Assembly: GCF_009914755.1 (NCBI RefSeq)
Contig: NC_060944.1
Source: the human T2T-CHM13v2.0 reference genome, Homo sapiens
Strand: one strand, 5' to 3'
DNA length: 64,000 nt
Of this stretch, positions 28,752-41,025 are shown piece after piece. A model generated the notes under the pieces. The model was given only the letters and a program-made list of their open reading frames with translations. It made no database searches and had not been told where the DNA came from. The stretch's first letter is position 1; each line of letters starts with the position of its first letter. Position numbers and translations under genes: made by a program.

Positions 28752-29292
28752 TGCTGTTTTAATCAGACATGGTAAGACACCCAGCCATAGAATGACTGTT
28801 ATAAAAGAAGAGGTTTTTATAGTCACAGATCTCTAGTAACAGGAGGCACAGCACGTCCTGCAGGGCCATATGGGAAGCACCAGGGCTGATCGGGGAGCAA
28901 AGGAAGCAGGAAGAGGATATCTTGGACAAGAGCCTTTATTGTGGTTTCTGTGGGAAGGAACAGGCAAGATAGGTAAGCAGGTTTAGGATTGGTGGGTTTG
29001 AATAGTTTCAGTGAGCTCTGGGGCATATGGACTGTCCCTAGTTACCTGGTCCCCAGCCCTGGGGTGATGAGGGCAGGGAAGCAGTGGCTCACCTTTGAGA
29101 GTCCCATTAAGAGGTGGTTGGAGTGGGGGCTCTGGATTGTTTGATTTGCATATGGAAAACGTGCTCCTAGGCAAATTATTTGCCATCTTTAGGAACTGAT
29201 TAGCCCTGGGAGGAGCAGTTTTTCCAGGGTTAGCAAGACCTCAGATCTCTAATAATCAGAAATATAGAAAATAAAAAGGCATGATTAATACA
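28752..29292 (-). mobile_element. MER74-family (ERVL) solo LTR
   Basis: Reverse complement begins 'tgtattaatcatgcctttttattttct...ggtcttgctaaccctgg...ctcctcccagggctaatcagttcctaaagatggc', matching recalled MER74 5' end. Confidence 0.7.
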
Positions 29293-30134
29293 TATGATGA
29301 AGCCTTCAGGAAGGCAGGTAAGACACTGTTTCTGTTAGCTGAAATTTCTATGATCTTTGAGTTCTGCTCTCTGCTTCTCAGGATGTCAGGGATCCCTCCT
29401 TTTGCTCTGTGTGGGTTTGCATCTGGCCTGTTTTCTTCTTTCTCTTTTAAATTTGTTAGACTTATAATAGATGTCAACTAAGAGTAAATAGGCGCTAACT
29501 GAGGGCCTCAGGTGTTTGCTCCTCTGTTAATGCTCATTATGGCATTTCTGGTGGAATATCAATTTTTTTAAAAGTGATCACTCTTTACCACTGTAAGGGT
29601 AGATTATATCTGAGGTCATGGAATCTCATTAGAAGCCAAGGGACCACTCAGTGCAGGAGTTCATGCAGTGTAGCTGTCCCAGCAACCCTAAGCTACTGTT
29701 GCCTTTCTCTACACCAAGCTTAAAACCTGCCATGGGCCAAGTGCTTTGCTTTCAGCACCCAGTTTTACAGGCTGCATTGCTGCTCAGGGAAAACTTACTG
29801 CAAACAAACTAAGCCCAAAATAGGAAACGCTTAAGATATTTAAGGCCTTCCTTATTCTTGAGCCAACCTTAGCAGCAACAAGGCCACATCCCCATCTCTG
29901 GGGTCCCCAGCGTCTTAGAACAATATGTCCACCTCTAGATTGTAAGGATCCTGGAAAGCTCATGTATTGTGTTTCTTTCTTTCTTTGTCTTAGCTGTATA
30001 CTGTATTTTTGAGGCCATGGCTTCTGGATAAATATGGTCACTATTTTATGGAGCACCTATTTTCACACAGTTTAGTGCAAAAAATGGCGCCAAACAAGCC
30101 AATGAACATAGCAGCATGATTCTGGTTGCTGTCT

Positions 30135-30240
30135 AACTTGGGCAAGTTACTCAATCTTCTCGTGCCTGTTTCTTCAATTATAAAGTTGGAAAAATAATGG
30201 GACTTATCTCCTAGGGTAGCTATGAAGGTTAAATAACTGA
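30135..30240 (+). mobile_element. MIR fragment
   Basis: 'acttgggcaagttactcaatctt...cctgtttcttca...taatg...tagggtagctatgaaggttaaa'. Confidence 0.65.
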
Positions 30241-30889
30241 GTCTTTACAGAGTCAATACATTGATAAGTTGAGGCAAATATGTGATATTTAAAGCTATAA
30301 AGGAATTGTAAAACAAGGAGTGAATTTAGTATAGCCTATATAAAATCTCATGAAATTTTGAGAATTTTTTCCCTGGAAAAAACAAAACAAAACAAAACAC
30401 CCCTAAGAGGATGCTTTCCTCTGTTCCCTAGAGGTTCATGTCAGCATTTCATGTTGGATGTATTTCATGGAGTGTGTATTTGATTCTACTGTTTGCTGAT
30501 TCTGCTGTCCCCTTGCTGTTCTAGAGGAAGCCTCAAACTTTAACAATCTATTCAATGTAGGTAGGTTAACGCAGATAGCTGTCAATCCCATACTGAGATC
30601 GGGTACCTGAGAGCAATATCCCATGGACTAAGGGCCCCAAACATGAGGGAGCATTGGGATGGACACCGATTCTATGTCACCTTCCCTGCTCTTCTCTCCT
30701 GACACCTGGGTGTCTTCAAGCTGTCTACTGACTTAGGCCTAACCTTCTTACCATAACCTGGGCCTGAAGACTTATTATCCCTGACTTTTCCCCACAGTGG
30801 AATGGGTTTATTGCTTTCTAATTGGACAATGAGAAAGGGGAATTCAATATATAGAATTTCTACAGCTAATTATAAACATTTCTAATGGG

Positions 30890-31315
30890 ATATACAAGAA
30901 GTCTCTTATAAGCCTTGTTCATCATTACCAAACCCTAGAGACAATCCGAATACCTATCAACAGGGGAATAGATAAAGAAATTATGCTGTATCCATCCAGT
31001 GGAATACTACTTAGCAATGGAAAGGAGCAAACCAACATACACAGCAGCATGGATGGGAATAAAAAGCATATTGTTGAGCAAAATGAGCCAGACAGAAAAG
31101 AATATATACTGTGGGATTCCATTTATATGAAAATTTGTTATAGTGACAGAAATCAGAACAGAAGTTGTCTCTTGGGGGATGATTCAAAGGAAAGGTGAAG
31201 GAAAAGTGCTGTCTTAATGTGAATGATGTTTACATGAGTTAAATGGTTACTTCATTGAACTGTAGTCTAAAGGTTTGTGCATGCTACTGTGTGTAAATCG
31301 TACCTCAATAAAGTA
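30890..31315 (+). mobile_element. L1ME/L1MC 3' fragment
   Basis: 'gataaagaaattatgctgtatccat...ggaatactacttagcaat', 'gccagacagaaaagaatatatactgt', 'tacctcaataaag'. Confidence 0.75.
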
Positions 31316-31350
31316 CTGTTAGCATGCTAAAAACATTTCTGATGGGAAAA

Positions 31351-31620
31351 GTTGCTCCCCTTTCTCCGTATCCTCGTCAACATCTGTTGTTTTCTGACTT
31401 TTTATTAATAGCCATTCTGGGCAACAATAGAAACTGAGGACTTCTGGAGAGGGGAAGGAGGGAGGCAGGCAAGAGTTGAAAGGCTAGCTGTTGGGTATAG
31501 ATGCTCAGTACCTAGGTGACAGGATCTTTTATACCCCGAACCTCAGCACTATGCAATATACCCAGGTAGCAAACCTATACACGCACTTACTGAATCTAAA
31601 ACAACAGTTGAAAAAAAGAA
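31351..31620 (+). mobile_element. Short L1PA15/16-like 3' end with inverted ORF2 piece (31351-31419)
   Basis: Antisense ORF2 'tttctccgtatcctcgtcaacatctgttgttttctgactttttattaatagccattctg' abuts sense 3'UTR 'caacaatagaaactgagg...cccgaacctcagca...tgaatctaaaa' and an A tail. Confidence 0.8.
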
Positions 31621-33054
31621 AGCCCTCTCCAACCAACCAACCAAACAACCAACCAAATATATAAATAAATACCTCAAATGAATCCTAATTTCCATGTTTT
31701 AAATTTGTTTTGACCACTTGTGTTTGGTCCAAGCAAGTCAAGGCAAATAGGCACGGAGCTTCTTGCCAAGATTATATTCTAAATAAGATAATAGTCTTAA
31801 AGAAAGACACACTGTAAAACTCATGCAATCCTCAAAAAGCTGTATGGTATAATAAAAATGAGATAACCACCAGAAAATCACTATCAGCTATTAACAGGAC
31901 AATTGTAAGTCTCTTGTGTCAAAGAAAGTTTCATAGAGAAGCGATTTTAGGACTCTTTTGCCTCTAGCTATAAAAAGTGCTTGGCAAATCATAGGGAATA
32001 AATGCTTTTCCACCCTAAAATTTTTAACTTGCAGCAATGCCTGCAATCTCCCCATTAGAGAATGATAGTTTTGGCATTTAAAGGTCTCTCAGTTTTCAAG
32101 ATCCCTTGGCACCAAGCTCTCAACACAGACCCATTATGGTGTGAAGCTTTAGTGAGGGGGTGACTGGTCTGGAATGAAACGCTGAACAGGCTTTTGACAG
32201 ATAGCAGGGATCTCAGATGCTAGAAGATACAGAAAAGGGAAGAAGGTGATTAAAGATAAACTTCACTCTGTGCTCAATTTTCCCAGGGCTGATCCTTCTA
32301 ATGCACATTACCTCATTTATTCTTACCTTTGGTTTATCTTGAATGTCTTCTTGGGGACCTATTTAGGGCTAGGGCAAAGACAGTCAAGCACTTTTGTGGA
32401 ACCAAATGTATATAACTGACTTTTTTCAGAGATCAAATTTCAGTGCTGAAATCTTGGGAAATCTATGTAAAATCTATAGCCAATCATGAATAGCCTTAAG
32501 GCTAAGAGCTCTTTCTTGATTAGCATCACGCTGGACAAATATTAAATGTTTTATAAAAGCATTTTTCTGAAAATAGCTGAAGAGCATTTCTAATGGTAAA
32601 GACAATTCCTTAGTGCATCATTTATCCAGCCATTTTCCAGTTTGAAGAATTGAGTGAGAGTCATTAAGACTGAATCAATTTCTATCTGTACTCGCATTTC
32701 TAATTTGGCAAAAGACTCTGTGATGAAAAACAGATTTCAAAATGACTACATTAAATGAAACAAATGAGTTGTTTATTTTATATTCTTTTATGATATCATA
32801 AATAAATTATTCATCCAGAAGCTGAAAGACTTATGTTACTTAATGCTTGGAATAATCAAGAGCAAAGTGGGTTCAATTACTAAAAATGAGGAGGCAGGGA
32901 GAAGCCACCAGAAAAAAGACTTAATGATGAAGTGCTATGCTGTCATAATTAAAATATGTAGACCCTTCTAGGTCATGACATTTTAAGTTAATCTAAACTT
33001 GTAAGCGTGAAGAAATAAGTATCAAGTAATTCTATATTGCACTGACCAGAAAGA

Positions 33055-33255
33055 AAAGCATAGTTAATAATTTATTGTATATTTCAAAATAGTTAGATGA
33101 AAAAATGTGAAATGTTCCCAACACAAGAAATGATAAATATCTGAGATGATGGGTATCTTAAATACCCTGATTTGATTATTACACATTGCATGCATGTGTC
33201 AAAATATCACATGTACCCTGAAATATGTAAAGTTGTGATGAATCAATAATAAAAA
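33055..33255 (+). mobile_element. L1MA 3'-UTR end
   Basis: 'ttgtatatttcaaaatag...gttcccaacacaagaaatgataaat...taccctgatttgattattacacattg...tatcacatgtaccc'. Confidence 0.85.
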
Positions 33256-33267
33256 GATCCATTAAAA

Positions 33268-34357
33268 TAGCATCTGACTAGAGTGAGATGGTATCTCACT
33301 GTGGTTTTAATTTGTATTTCCCTGATGATTAGTGGTGTTGAGCATTTTTTCATATGTTCATTGGCTGCTTGTATGTCTTCTTTTGAAAAATGTCTGTTCG
33401 ACCTTTTAAAAAGACTTAATTTGAGGGAGTACCTGTTCATTTGACACTTTTCCTGTTTCTAACTTGAGGAAATCTAGAGTAGTATTTGACAAAAACTATG
33501 TTTTCAATTTACCTTTCATATCTGTCCCACTCCATTTTGCTTCGTGAACTCTTCATTTAACAATAAATTGTCTAAGGAAAAAAAAAAACAGAAAAATGTC
33601 TGTTCATGTTCTTTGCCCACTTTTAAACTTCTTTTCCCCCCCTTTCTGAGCTGTTTGAGTTCCTTGTAGCTTCTGGATATTAACCCTTTGATGCATAGTT
33701 TGCAAATATTTTTTCCCATTCTATAGGTTGTCTGTTTATTCTGTTGACACTGTTGGTGGGAATGTAAATTAGTACAACCTATACGGAAAACAGTGTGAGA
33801 ATTCTCAGAGAATTACTGTTTGATCCAGCAGTCCTACTATGGAGTGCATACCCAAAGGTAAAGAAATAATTATATCAAAAAGATACTGCACTCATATGTT
33901 TATCAGCATTATTCACAACAGCAAAGATGTGGAATCAACCTAAGTGTCCACCAAGGGAGGACTGAATAAAGAAAATGTGGTATATACATACCGTGGAACA
34001 CTACTCAGCCATAAAAATAATGAAATCATGTATTTTACAGCAACATGGATGGAACTGGAAACCACTATCCTAAGTGAAATAACTCAGAAACAGAAAGTCA
34101 AATACCACATTTTCTCACCTATAAATGACAGCTAAACAATGAGTACACATGAACATCCAGAGTGGAGTAATAGACATTGGAGGCTCCAACACGTGGAAGG
34201 GTGGGAGGGGGATGAGGGTTGATAAATTACCTACTGGGTACAGTGTTCACTCTTTGGGTGATGGTACACTAAAAGCCCAGACTTCATCATGATACGGTAT
34301 AGGCAGGTAAGAAATCTACACTTGTGCCCCCTAAATATATAAAAGTTAAAAAAAAAA
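33268..34357 (+). mobile_element. L1PB3/PB4-like element with 5' inversion (inverted 33268-33746, sense 33747-34357)
   Basis: Antisense ORF2 segment joined at 'attctgttg|acactgttggtgggaatg' to sense ORF2 end and L1PB-type 3'UTR 'aaaagcccagacttca...cacttgtgccccctaaat' with an A tail. Confidence 0.85.
33400..33590 (+). pseudogene. Short polyadenylated retrocopy of an unidentified RNA 3' end
   Basis: Non-L1 sequence ending AATAAA (33562-33567), 10 nt, then A11; flanked by perfect 15-bp TSD GAAAAATGTCTGTTC at 33385-33399 and 33591-33605. Confidence 0.8.
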
Positions 34358-34639
34358 GTTATGAGGGAGATGAAAAAGACCATTTGAAAATACTTTATCA
34401 AATGGGAAGACTTTAATAGTGAGAACTCCATATAGGGTGTCTTGCTGTACTGTTAACTAGGATTTTTTTTCGGGGGCTGATTATCTAAGGACCTTTGGTT
34501 CCATTCATTTCCTTGTTTGGCTGCTGGTCCGCTGATGTCACTGCTTATTGGCACCTTAAGCAGAACATTGGAGGAGAAATCCAAAGGGTTATAATTTGCA
34601 ACTGGAAGGCATTGTAGCATTCAGAAAAGGACAGTGTGA

Positions 34640-35130
34640 AAAGTGGGCTTCCTAGAAGCAGACCTGGGATGGGGATTCTTGAGCAAGTGAGTTATTGATG
34701 GAGAGCTCTCAGATGAACCTGGGAGGGAGGGAGGGAGGGAGGGAAAGAGGGAGGACAGGGCCCAGGAAGAAGCTGGGCAAACATGTAGGCTTGGGAGGAG
34801 TCCAGCCTCAGCCTGATGCCACAGGGAGCTCTGGAGAGTGAATTACAACACAGAGTTGTTTCACCTGAAAGCAAGAGGGTTGGTTTTAAGTAACCCTGTG
34901 TCCATCAGTCACTGGTGGGACTCTTCCTTTGTGTGCATGTACATGAGAGGATGCTTGTGCTGGTGACCTCTGGTCATTTCTTGGAGGGGCGGATTCTGTA
35001 AGATGAGGGCACTTTTCCTGAGAAAAGAGCAGCTGTGAGCTGTTAGCAGTCAACACTGATAGCAGCTGGGAGCTGGTGGGGACCTAGCTAGCAAAGGTTG
35101 TCTGCATGGTAGCACCAATAGTTCCTGCAG
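34640..35130 (-). mobile_element. LTR16C-like (ERVL) LTR with internal (GGGA)6
   Basis: 'ttcctagaagcagacctgggatggggattcttgagcaagtgagttatt', 'cagcctcagcctgatgccacagggagctctggag', 'gcagctgtgagctgttagcag'. Confidence 0.7.
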
Positions 35131-35379
35131 GCAGTCACATCACTGGTGCAGCAGGTGTTGAAAATAATTGGTAATGCCATGTCTGATGATCCGAAGGCAA
35201 GAGGACTATGGAACCCACATAGGAGGACCACAGAGCCATAGTGCTCTGAAGAAGGTGGCATGGATCAGCAACTTGCTTTGGAGACAGTGGGATATGGTGA
35301 CCCCTTTTTGAAATGTTGAAATGCAACCTCTAAAGAGACAGGCAAGTTCTATATTACACTTACGGACTGTTAAAACACC

Positions 35380-35540
35380 CTGTGCCTTTTCTTCACTGTA
35401 TTAATCACAACTGCAATTAAATTGTAATTATTTCTGTAGTTACTGAATATCATCTCCTACACAATACCATAAAAGCACCTCTGTATCTCTAATACCTGGC
35501 ACATAGTAGGTGCTCAGTAACTTTTGATGAATGAACAAGT
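35380..35540 (+). mobile_element. L2 3' end
   Basis: 'tacctggcacatagtaggtgctcagtaac...tgaatgaa'. Confidence 0.7.
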
Positions 35541-37334
35541 GTGCATGTGTTTAGGAAAATGGAGGAAGGTGCTCATGGGGGCAGCATTTTACATTGATTG
35601 TTTTACATACCTGAAATCTTTTCTCTGCTGTTTACACCAATCCTAGCCCCTTTTGTGTCCTGCTCATCACCCACTGCTGCCAGGCATTCCCTCCCTAATT
35701 CATCATGCACACTGCCATTCAACACAAAGCAATCTGTGAAACATATAAACCTTGCTTTTCCAACTGGTTTTATGTATTTATTTGTGATCCAATTCACTAC
35801 AGAAAGGGTTAGGTTGGAATTTTTTTGATGGTTGAGTTTACGTTTTGTCTTTGGTTTTGGTTTCTAGAACGCTTCTTTTCTTATGCCGTTCTTGTAATCT
35901 GCAGAAACGCTTCCCCTGACAATCATTAGTCATTTAAATCCTTCAAAAACCTGTTCATGGGCCATTGCTTTACTGACTGACCCAGTTGGAAATAACCTTT
36001 TTCTTCTCTGAGTTCTGGTAGCACTCTGTTGCTACCACTCTGAAGACACTTACTTTTGCCTCCTTAGGTGGTAGTTATTCCTCTATCTGTCATAGTTCCT
36101 CTCTAGATCTGTTGGCTCCCTCACATCAAGACCACACATTGAGCCTCTTGGTTGATGTGTATACCACAGGTGCAAAATAAATGCTTTTTGTGCTGTTAAC
36201 ATAAATGTGTACATGTCAGATAATCAAGATTATACAGGATGATGTATAATAAGGTTGGAAGTTGGACAGGAAGGAAGATGTTAAATAATTTTTTTGAAGT
36301 TACTCAAATTCAGTATTTAATATCTGCAGAAGAGGCAGAGGAAGAACAGAAATCATGAGAAATAGACCTGAGAATTGTCTTAATGTAAATCAGTTGGAAT
36401 CAAGAGAGCCCTAGCATGGGATGAAGTATGGCTTCTCCATGAATTTCCTTTTCTTCTCTTATATCTAGTTGGGGTGATGTATGTTGTACTTGGGTAATAG
36501 AGATTTTGCTCGTGTGATGTCATCAGTCCCACATTGTAGGGAAATTCTTTCCAGAAATGGAGTCACTATGGCCCCCAGTTGTCCTGGACTTGCCTGTCTG
36601 GCTGGAGCAGGCACAGATGTTGATGATCACTCCTCAGCTTCGAAACAAGGTTTTATAGTGCCAGCAATTCATATTAAACTGAGCCCATTTCCTCTATAAT
36701 GTGAGAGCACTTTCTTGATCATTCTTTAATCGTAACAGATGTCTTTGAAGCTGCCTAGAACAGGATATGGAAAATTTGTCCAGTGATCAAATATGGATTC
36801 AAAGGGAGATTCCTGATGGTTCCCTTTAAGCTGTGGGTGCTGTTTAAAAATGCTACACTGATACGGTACCTTTGAAAAGCAACTAATGGCTAGAGATTGC
36901 TGCTGAATTCTAGAAGGCAGTAATCTGATTTCCAAAGATGCTGTACATGTGAAACTTGAGGGAGAACGTGGTGTGGCTTTTTTTCCGTGGCAGTGTGTCC
37001 TGTCAATGTTGTGTTCTGCAAGACTATGACTTTTGTAGTCTCAAATAAGCTAGTAAGCAGAGTCACTTTTTTAGTGTGTAGTTTTAGAAGTACAGAGAGC
37101 ACACACCTTTCCCCAAACCTTGTTTATATTGGGGAAACCTAACTCAGTGCTACAAATACTAATTAAGGCATATAACTATGCTAACTTGCTACTGTGATGG
37201 TTCCAAGGATATACCAATAAAGCAAAGTGGTAAAGCAGAGACTTTATTAGTAAAATTATAGAATTAGAAGGGATTTTAGGATTAGCTATGACAAAACCCT
37301 CACTATTGTGATGGTGATGTGAGAAGGAAAGGAA

Positions 37335-37690
37335 AAGAAAACTAACATTTATTATATGATGATTATGTGTCAGACATGTATATCGTGCGTTATTTACTCC
37401 TCCCAGAAACTCAATGTAGGAAAACATGGGAATCTATCAACTATCTATCTATCTATCATCTATTTATCTATCTATCTATCATCTATCTTCTATTTAAATT
37501 GAGTACAAGGGAGGCTGTGCTGAGGCTTTTAAAAGTAATGTGAATTCTTAGAAAATCCCTGTGAGATAGACAATATATTTTTTATTTCAGAGAAGAGGAA
37601 AGAGAACTGAAGACATTAAATGGCATTGCTGGGAAGTGATTCAGTTGGTATTTGAACTGGTTTGTACATAATTGAAGCCCTTGCTCTTTC
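37335..37690 (-). mobile_element. MIR relic interrupted by a (TATC)n tract
   Basis: 'aacatttatt...tatgtgtcagaca', 'ttcagagaagaggaaa...gtatttgaact'. Confidence 0.5.
37432..37493. repeat. Imperfect (TATC)n/(GATA)n tetranucleotide repeat
   Basis: Seen directly. Confidence 0.9.
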
Positions 37691-38904
37691 CTAATCCTCA
37701 TATTTCAGCTACAGACATGAAGGTGTAGATGGAGGGTGTGTTTCAATCAAACTTTTGGGGCCTTGGCTCAGTTGTCTTTCTTCTATTTCATACTGAACAT
37801 CCCTGCAACTAGGGACAAGGAGGAAGGAGGCATCATCTGACCAAGAGCACTGGCCCCTGTTAAATTCTTTTTCCCAGATTGCATGCCCTCGATCAGCAAC
37901 TTTAATTCCAAATTTTCTGTGGGAATAAATTCCAGAGATCGACACATATACTTTCCATTTAAGGTGTTTCCAAAGTTGCCGATTTAGGCCACTTGAAGTA
38001 TTCTTTTGTTTGCTTATGCAATTTTAATTTATTATTTTCTAAAGAGTTCGTATTATCAGAAATATGTTTCCAGCCTCCTACTTTGTGTTTGATGCCTCTC
38101 TTCTCCCTGGTATCTACCTTGGATCTTTCAGGCTGGAGTTAGAACAATTTACTCCTTCTTCACAGCTTCTGGAAAAGAGGCAATAGTTAGTCTCTGAACA
38201 ACATCCATTGCATATTTGGAGATAATTATGGAATCCCCTCCCAGCTTTTGTTAACATGAACTTTTCCCTTAGGGACAGTTTTTAAGTATGGAGAAACCAT
38301 ATATCACCAAGCTTCAGCCTTACTTTTATAGATGGGGAAAGGGTGCGTGAAGCAGGGAGGAGATATGTGGGCTTCTCCACCCTGCATTTGAGCAATCCAG
38401 TGCTTAGATGACACCTGTACTTTGGTGGTGGTGAAAGCCAAAAGACTTCATGGCACTGTGTGAGTCTCAAGTGTCCTTCCACTGAGCCTAAGGGAGAAGG
38501 ATATTAGTCCAGTGGAAGCTGTTAGGGAACCAATCAAATTCATTTGCAGTGGCAAAGCATGTTAATCTGGATTTTTGCCTCTAATGATAAGGCAATGTGA
38601 TCAGTGGAATTAGCATTGACTTGAGACTTGGCACAACTGGTAACTGATTATGTAGCCTAGGATAAGCCTCTTTATTTTCCTGTTTCTTTTTTTCTTTCTC
38701 TTGACTGAAATGAAGAGTTGGAATAAACAACCTCTAAGACCCCACCCAGATCTGAAATTCTATATCTTAGAATCTCTAGGAGGGACCACAGCATTACTGC
38801 TGTCTCCCCATTATTTGGACAAGCACAAAAAGATGAGTTACTTCATTCATGGATTAGCGGGGTAATGTGACTGATATCTTGTTGGAAAATCACCAGGAGA
38901 AGAC

Positions 38905-39050
38905 AATGTGGTGTATTGAACCAAGAATCGGGTGGCCTGAGATTGAGTCCTGCCTTTGTTATTAACTTACTGGGTGATTTTGAAGAACTGAAACATTTGG
39001 GTGTAAGTTTCTCATTACTTAAGTGACAATTCAAATTCAATGATCTCTTG
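38905..39050 (+). mobile_element. MIR fragment (another weak MIR at about 38600-38765)
   Basis: 'gtgtggtgtattgaa...gagtcctgccttt...aacttactgggtgatttt...agtttctcat'. Confidence 0.55.
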
Positions 39051-39074
39051 AATGCCTACTATTGGTGCTTTCTA

Positions 39075-40125
39075 CGTTAGTCATTGAGCTAAGAGTAGAA
39101 AGAAGGACAAGATATGATTCCTAATTCTGAAAGCTTACAATTTGTGGAGGAGTAAATAAACCACATAGTGCTTATGTGAAGTGCCATAACAGAAGTATAT
39201 TCAGATGCTACCCAAATGAGGAGTTAAGAATTTGTGCGGAGTAAGAGAATAGACAGAGAATACTGTTGAGGTCACATTTGGTTCAGTACTCTCAGTTAAG
39301 TGGATGGAGGGAAGAGCATTCTAGGCAGAGGTGTGAGCAAAGATAGGGAAGAACAAAAGAAAACCTTGAGAAATAACACTGGGTGAGTGAAGGATGTGAG
39401 GAGAGGGGGTGCAGGGACTGGAATAGAGTTTGCATCATCCTGTAATGGACACGTATTCCTTGTAGTGTGGTTTGCATGTCTCTACCAAAACTTATGTTGA
39501 AATTTAATTACCATTGTATTAAGAGGTATTAAGAGGTGGGACCCTTAAGAGGTGATTAAGTCATGAAGGCTCTGCCCTTGTGAGTGAATTAATGTCATTA
39601 TCATGGGAGTAGGTTAGCTATTATGGGAGTGGGCTCCTGATAAAAGGATGAGTTTGGCCCCTATTTTCTCACTGTCTCTCGTGTGGCCTTCCTCGCCACA
39701 TGATAAATTCTGTCATGGGATTATATAGCAAGAAGGCCTTCATCAGATGCTGAGCAGATGCAAGTTCCATCCTCTTGGACTTCCTAGACTCCAGAACTGT
39801 GTGCCAAATAAACTTCTATTCTTTATGAATTACTCAGTCTGTGATATTCTATTATAGCAGTAGAAAAATAGACTAAGACATCTTGCTAAGTAATTTGAAC
39901 CTTGTCCTGCATGCAATAAAGATTTATTGAAACATTTTAAAGGAGTAGTGTGGTCAGATCTGTATATTCTGGAGGAAAAATGGGAACAAAAGAGATAAAA
40001 AGCAAACAGACTAAATGAGAACTCTTGCAAATATACAAGAAGAGGATATGAAGGCCTGAACCAAGGCATTGGCAGAGAAAATGGAGGAACAAGCTTCAGG
40101 ATGGGAATTGTCTTGTAAGTGGAAT
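39075..40125 (-). mobile_element. L2 relic interrupted by an MST LTR
   Basis: 'agcttacaatt', 'gagcattctaggcagagg', 'aaggagtagtgtggtcagatctgtat', 'gaaggcctgaaccaaggcattggcag'. Confidence 0.6.
39461..39880 (+). mobile_element. MSTC/MSTD solo LTR
   Basis: 'tgtggtttgcatgt...caaaacttatgttgaaatttaat...aagaggtgggacc...ttggacttcctagactccagaactgt...gactaagaca'. Confidence 0.85.
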
Positions 40126-40301
40126 TAGGATTGGCTACATAATTTGTGGGGCCTAGTAAAAAATAAAATTGAAGAGCCCTTTGAAGACATAATTAAGAAT
40201 TTCAAGACAGTGACAGCAGAATTTTGAACTGGGGACAGGGGCCTTCTAAGCATGGGGCCCTGTGTGACTGCTCAGGTCTCATGTCCTTGAAGATCGCCAT
40301 G
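40126..40301 (-). mobile_element. MER45A hAT-Tip100 element
   Basis: 'ggctacataatttgtggggcc...attaagaatttcaagacagtgacagcaga...ggggccctgtgtgactgc'. Confidence 0.8.
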
Positions 40302-40352
40302 AGTAGAATAGTACTTTATTTCCTTCCAGGTTTATTGTGATCATAGTCATAA

Positions 40353-40740
<388 letters not shown>

Positions 40741-41025
40741 TGTTTAGATTTTTATCTTAACCTTTTCTGAATTGTCATGCCACGAGACAAGTCCAAAGAA
40801 ATGCCTCACTATGACGCTGCCTAGAATCTTCAGCAGGTTTTCTGGAGGAAAACGTTTCTTAAGTCACAAAGCAGTTTCTTATAGAGAAAGCTAAGAAAGG
40901 AGAAAACAAGAAAATGCAAGAAAAACAAGAAAAAAGCTTCAAAAGAGGGCCTTATAATAGGGTGATATAGAACTGGGTTTATTTAATCTGGAGAACGTAG
41001 TAGGGAAGGATTTTATTATGGTATT

